From positions 2,528,001 through 2,592,000 of the forward strand of contig CAWHDR010000001.1 in NCBI GenBank assembly GCA_963828165.1: a stretch of 64,000 nucleotides of DNA, given 5' to 3'. The notes beneath the pieces are model-generated. The model ran no database searches. It was not told where the DNA came from and worked only from the letters and a program-made list of their open reading frames with translations. Numbering within the stretch: the first letter of the stretch is position 1; each line of letters starts with the position of its first letter. Positions 63,515-64,000 of the stretch are shown here, one piece after another. This DNA comes from an uncultured Chloroflexia bacterium. Its GTDB lineage: Bacteria > Chloroflexota > Limnocylindria > Limnocylindrales > CSP1-4. The position numbers were made by a program, and so were the translations under genes.

Positions 63515-64000
63515 CTAAGCCTCGGTGGCCAGCCGTCGCAGGACTGCGGGCAGGATGCCGCCCCCCTCGTAGTAGTCGACCTCGATCGGGCCGTCCAGCC
63601 GCGCGATCGCCTCGAACCGCACCTCGCTGCCGTCTCCGCCCGCCGCGGCGTCACGCTTGGCCACGACCGTCACGGATTGGCGCGGCGACAGCCCACGTGC
63701 GAGCCCCAGCACCGAGAACGTCTCGCGCCCGGTGAGGCCAAGCGACGACGCGCTGTCGCCCGGCTTGTACTGCAGCGGCAGCACCCCCATCCCGACCAGG
63801 TTGGAGCGGTGGATCCGTTCGTACGACTCGGCGATCACGGCCTTGACGCCGAGGAGCGCCGTGCCCTTGGCGGCCCAGTCCCGTGACGACCCCGAGCCGT
63901 ACTCCCGTCCGACCAGCACGACCAGCGGCACGCCCTCGGCCGCGTACCGGATAGCCGCGTCGTAGATGAACATCTCCTCGCCCGACGGCAGGTGGACCGT
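63515..64000 (-). CDS. acnA: aconitate hydratase A, 3' end (partial)
   Basis: [29 protein letters not shown] and YYEGGGILP motifs. Confidence 0.95.
   Translation of the reverse strand, partial: TVHLPSGEEMFIYDAAIRYAAEGVPLVVLVGREYGSGSSRDWAAKGTALLGVKAVIAESYERIHRSNLVGMGVLPLQYKPGDSASSLGLTGRETFSVLGLARGLSPRQSVTVVAKRDAAAGGDGSEVRFEAIARLDGPIEVDYYEGGGILPAVLRRLATEA

Overview
High-GC bacterial chromosome segment made mostly of core genes. Gene style suggests Chloroflexota, possibly Limnocylindria (inference, not searched). Contents in order: a partial PEP-utilizing enzyme; a BNR propeller plus MoaD pair; a molybdate module; dnaG-rpoD; an ArsR-SRPBCC unit; rhodanese; tRNA-Asn followed by a MerR-ArsC-like fusion and an LLM oxidoreductase; a LiaF/GIDE/LemA envelope cluster; parAB; the propionyl-CoA/methylmalonyl-CoA pathway; sucCD; an ECF sigma/anti-sigma pair; icd; a mycobacterial Sdh1-type succinate dehydrogenase; RNase HI; RNase P RNA; a LysM protein; a dcw cluster (mraZ to ftsZ, lacking murE and murC); tRNA-Val; a second ArsR-SRPBCC unit; an MFS transporter; the 3' end of aconitase. 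The strongest unexplained signal is a 16-bp palindrome, GTCTTTGCGCAAAGAC, found four times within about 4.6 kb around parAB. One copy lies inside parB, two in the linker-like ends of the biotin carboxylase gene, and a degenerate one next to DnaA boxes upstream of parA. The ParB has altered DNA-recognition residues, so this is a candidate ParABS system with a non-canonical parS. Other candidates: a CCUCC-loop sRNA, a small gene inserted in the dcw cluster, and an rph-like gene remnant. About seven single-base frameshifts, some in normally essential genes, look like assembly errors. All calls were made by eye; no database searches were run.
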